Origin: Lama guanicoe
Lineage: Eukaryota
NCBI GenBank assembly: GCA_013239625.1
Contig: MU053754.1
Coordinates: 741,379-805,378 of the forward strand
DNA: 64,000 bases
Direction of reading: 5' to 3'
Positions 63,308 to 64,000 of the stretch are shown here, piece by piece. Positions within the stretch are counted from its first letter, which is position 1. Each line of letters begins with the position of its first letter. Made by a program: the position numbers and the translations under genes. Below the pieces are notes generated by a model, which was not told the DNA's origin, did no database searches, and saw only the letters and a program-made list of their open reading frames with translations.

Positions 63308-63760
63308 TGTATCAGTTTCCGGTGGCTGCTGTAACAGATAGTCACAAACTTGCTGGCCTAAAACTAGACACATTAAATCTCTCCCGGTTCCAAGATCTCG
63401 AGTTCAAATTGAGCAACCCTGGGCTGAAACCAAGGAGTCTGCAAGGCTGCACTCCTTCTGGAGGCTCTCTGGTGCCTCTTCCAGGTCCCTGTGGCTGCTG
63501 GTGTTGGCTGGCATGTGGCCCTGTCCCTCTGTTACTCTGGCATCACGTTGTCTTCTCCCCACTGTGTGTGTCTCACATCATCTCTGCCCCCGTATAAGGA
63601 CATTTGTGGTTGACTTTCCGGCCCATCTGGATAATCCAGGATGATCTCCGCACCTCAAGATCCTTAGTCATGTCTGCAGAGTTTTTGTCATACGTTGTAC
63701 CATTTAGAAGTCCCGAGGATGAGGACAGGATATCTTTGGGGGCTGCTGTTTGGACGTCTC
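63308..63760 (-). mobile_element. MLT1D-like MaLR solo LTR
   Basis: tgtatcagtttccggtggctgctgtaaca..gcactccttctggaggctct..ggcccatctggataatccaggatgatctcc..tcaagatcctta..gatatctttggggg. Confidence 0.85.
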
Positions 63761-64000
63761 CAAATCCTATTCTCACCCAAAAAGTTGATGAGAAAAGAAT
63801 CCATGTTAAATTTACCAAGAATGGATTTTCAATTCTGAGAAAGCCAATCAAACATTCAGCAACTGTTTACTGAGGACCTATTATGACATTTAAATAGTGA
63901 CCCCCTCAAGGCTTAATCGCAGGCTCCCTTACCCGTGGTGAATCAACAAGCAGACATCTTTCAGTCCCAAATAGTCCCAAATATCTAAATCTCAGACTCT

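Overview
This is non-coding mammalian DNA, most likely camelid (camel, alpaca or vicuna). It carries four copies of a tRNA-Ala-derived Vic-1-type SINE and artiodactyl-type L1 3' ends, and I saw no Alu, B1, Bov-A/BovB or PRE-1 sequence. I recognise no host protein-coding exon; the only ORF-track peptides I can assign are decayed L1 ORF2 pieces. The window is a mosaic of interspersed repeats (young and ancient L1, L2, MIR, ERV1/MaLR/ERVL solo LTRs, Tigger/Charlie/Mariner fossils) and unique sequence, with GC and CpG rising after about 53 kb. It may be a large intron of a + strand gene, but that is inference. I found no CRISPR, rRNA, true tRNA or new multi-gene system. The most unusual signals are two composite retro-insertions that join young L1 sequence to ancient L1M 3' ends (41.1-41.8 kb, nested in a younger L1, and 4.0-4.7 kb), each bounded by a target-site duplication (TSD). 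Others are a miniature twin-primed L1, a tail-less L1 insertion, a possible ancient hAT transposase fossil, an AP-1/FOX motif cluster and a few candidate small + strand exons. Repeat family names come from remembered consensus sequences, not a database search; boundaries without TSDs are approximate.
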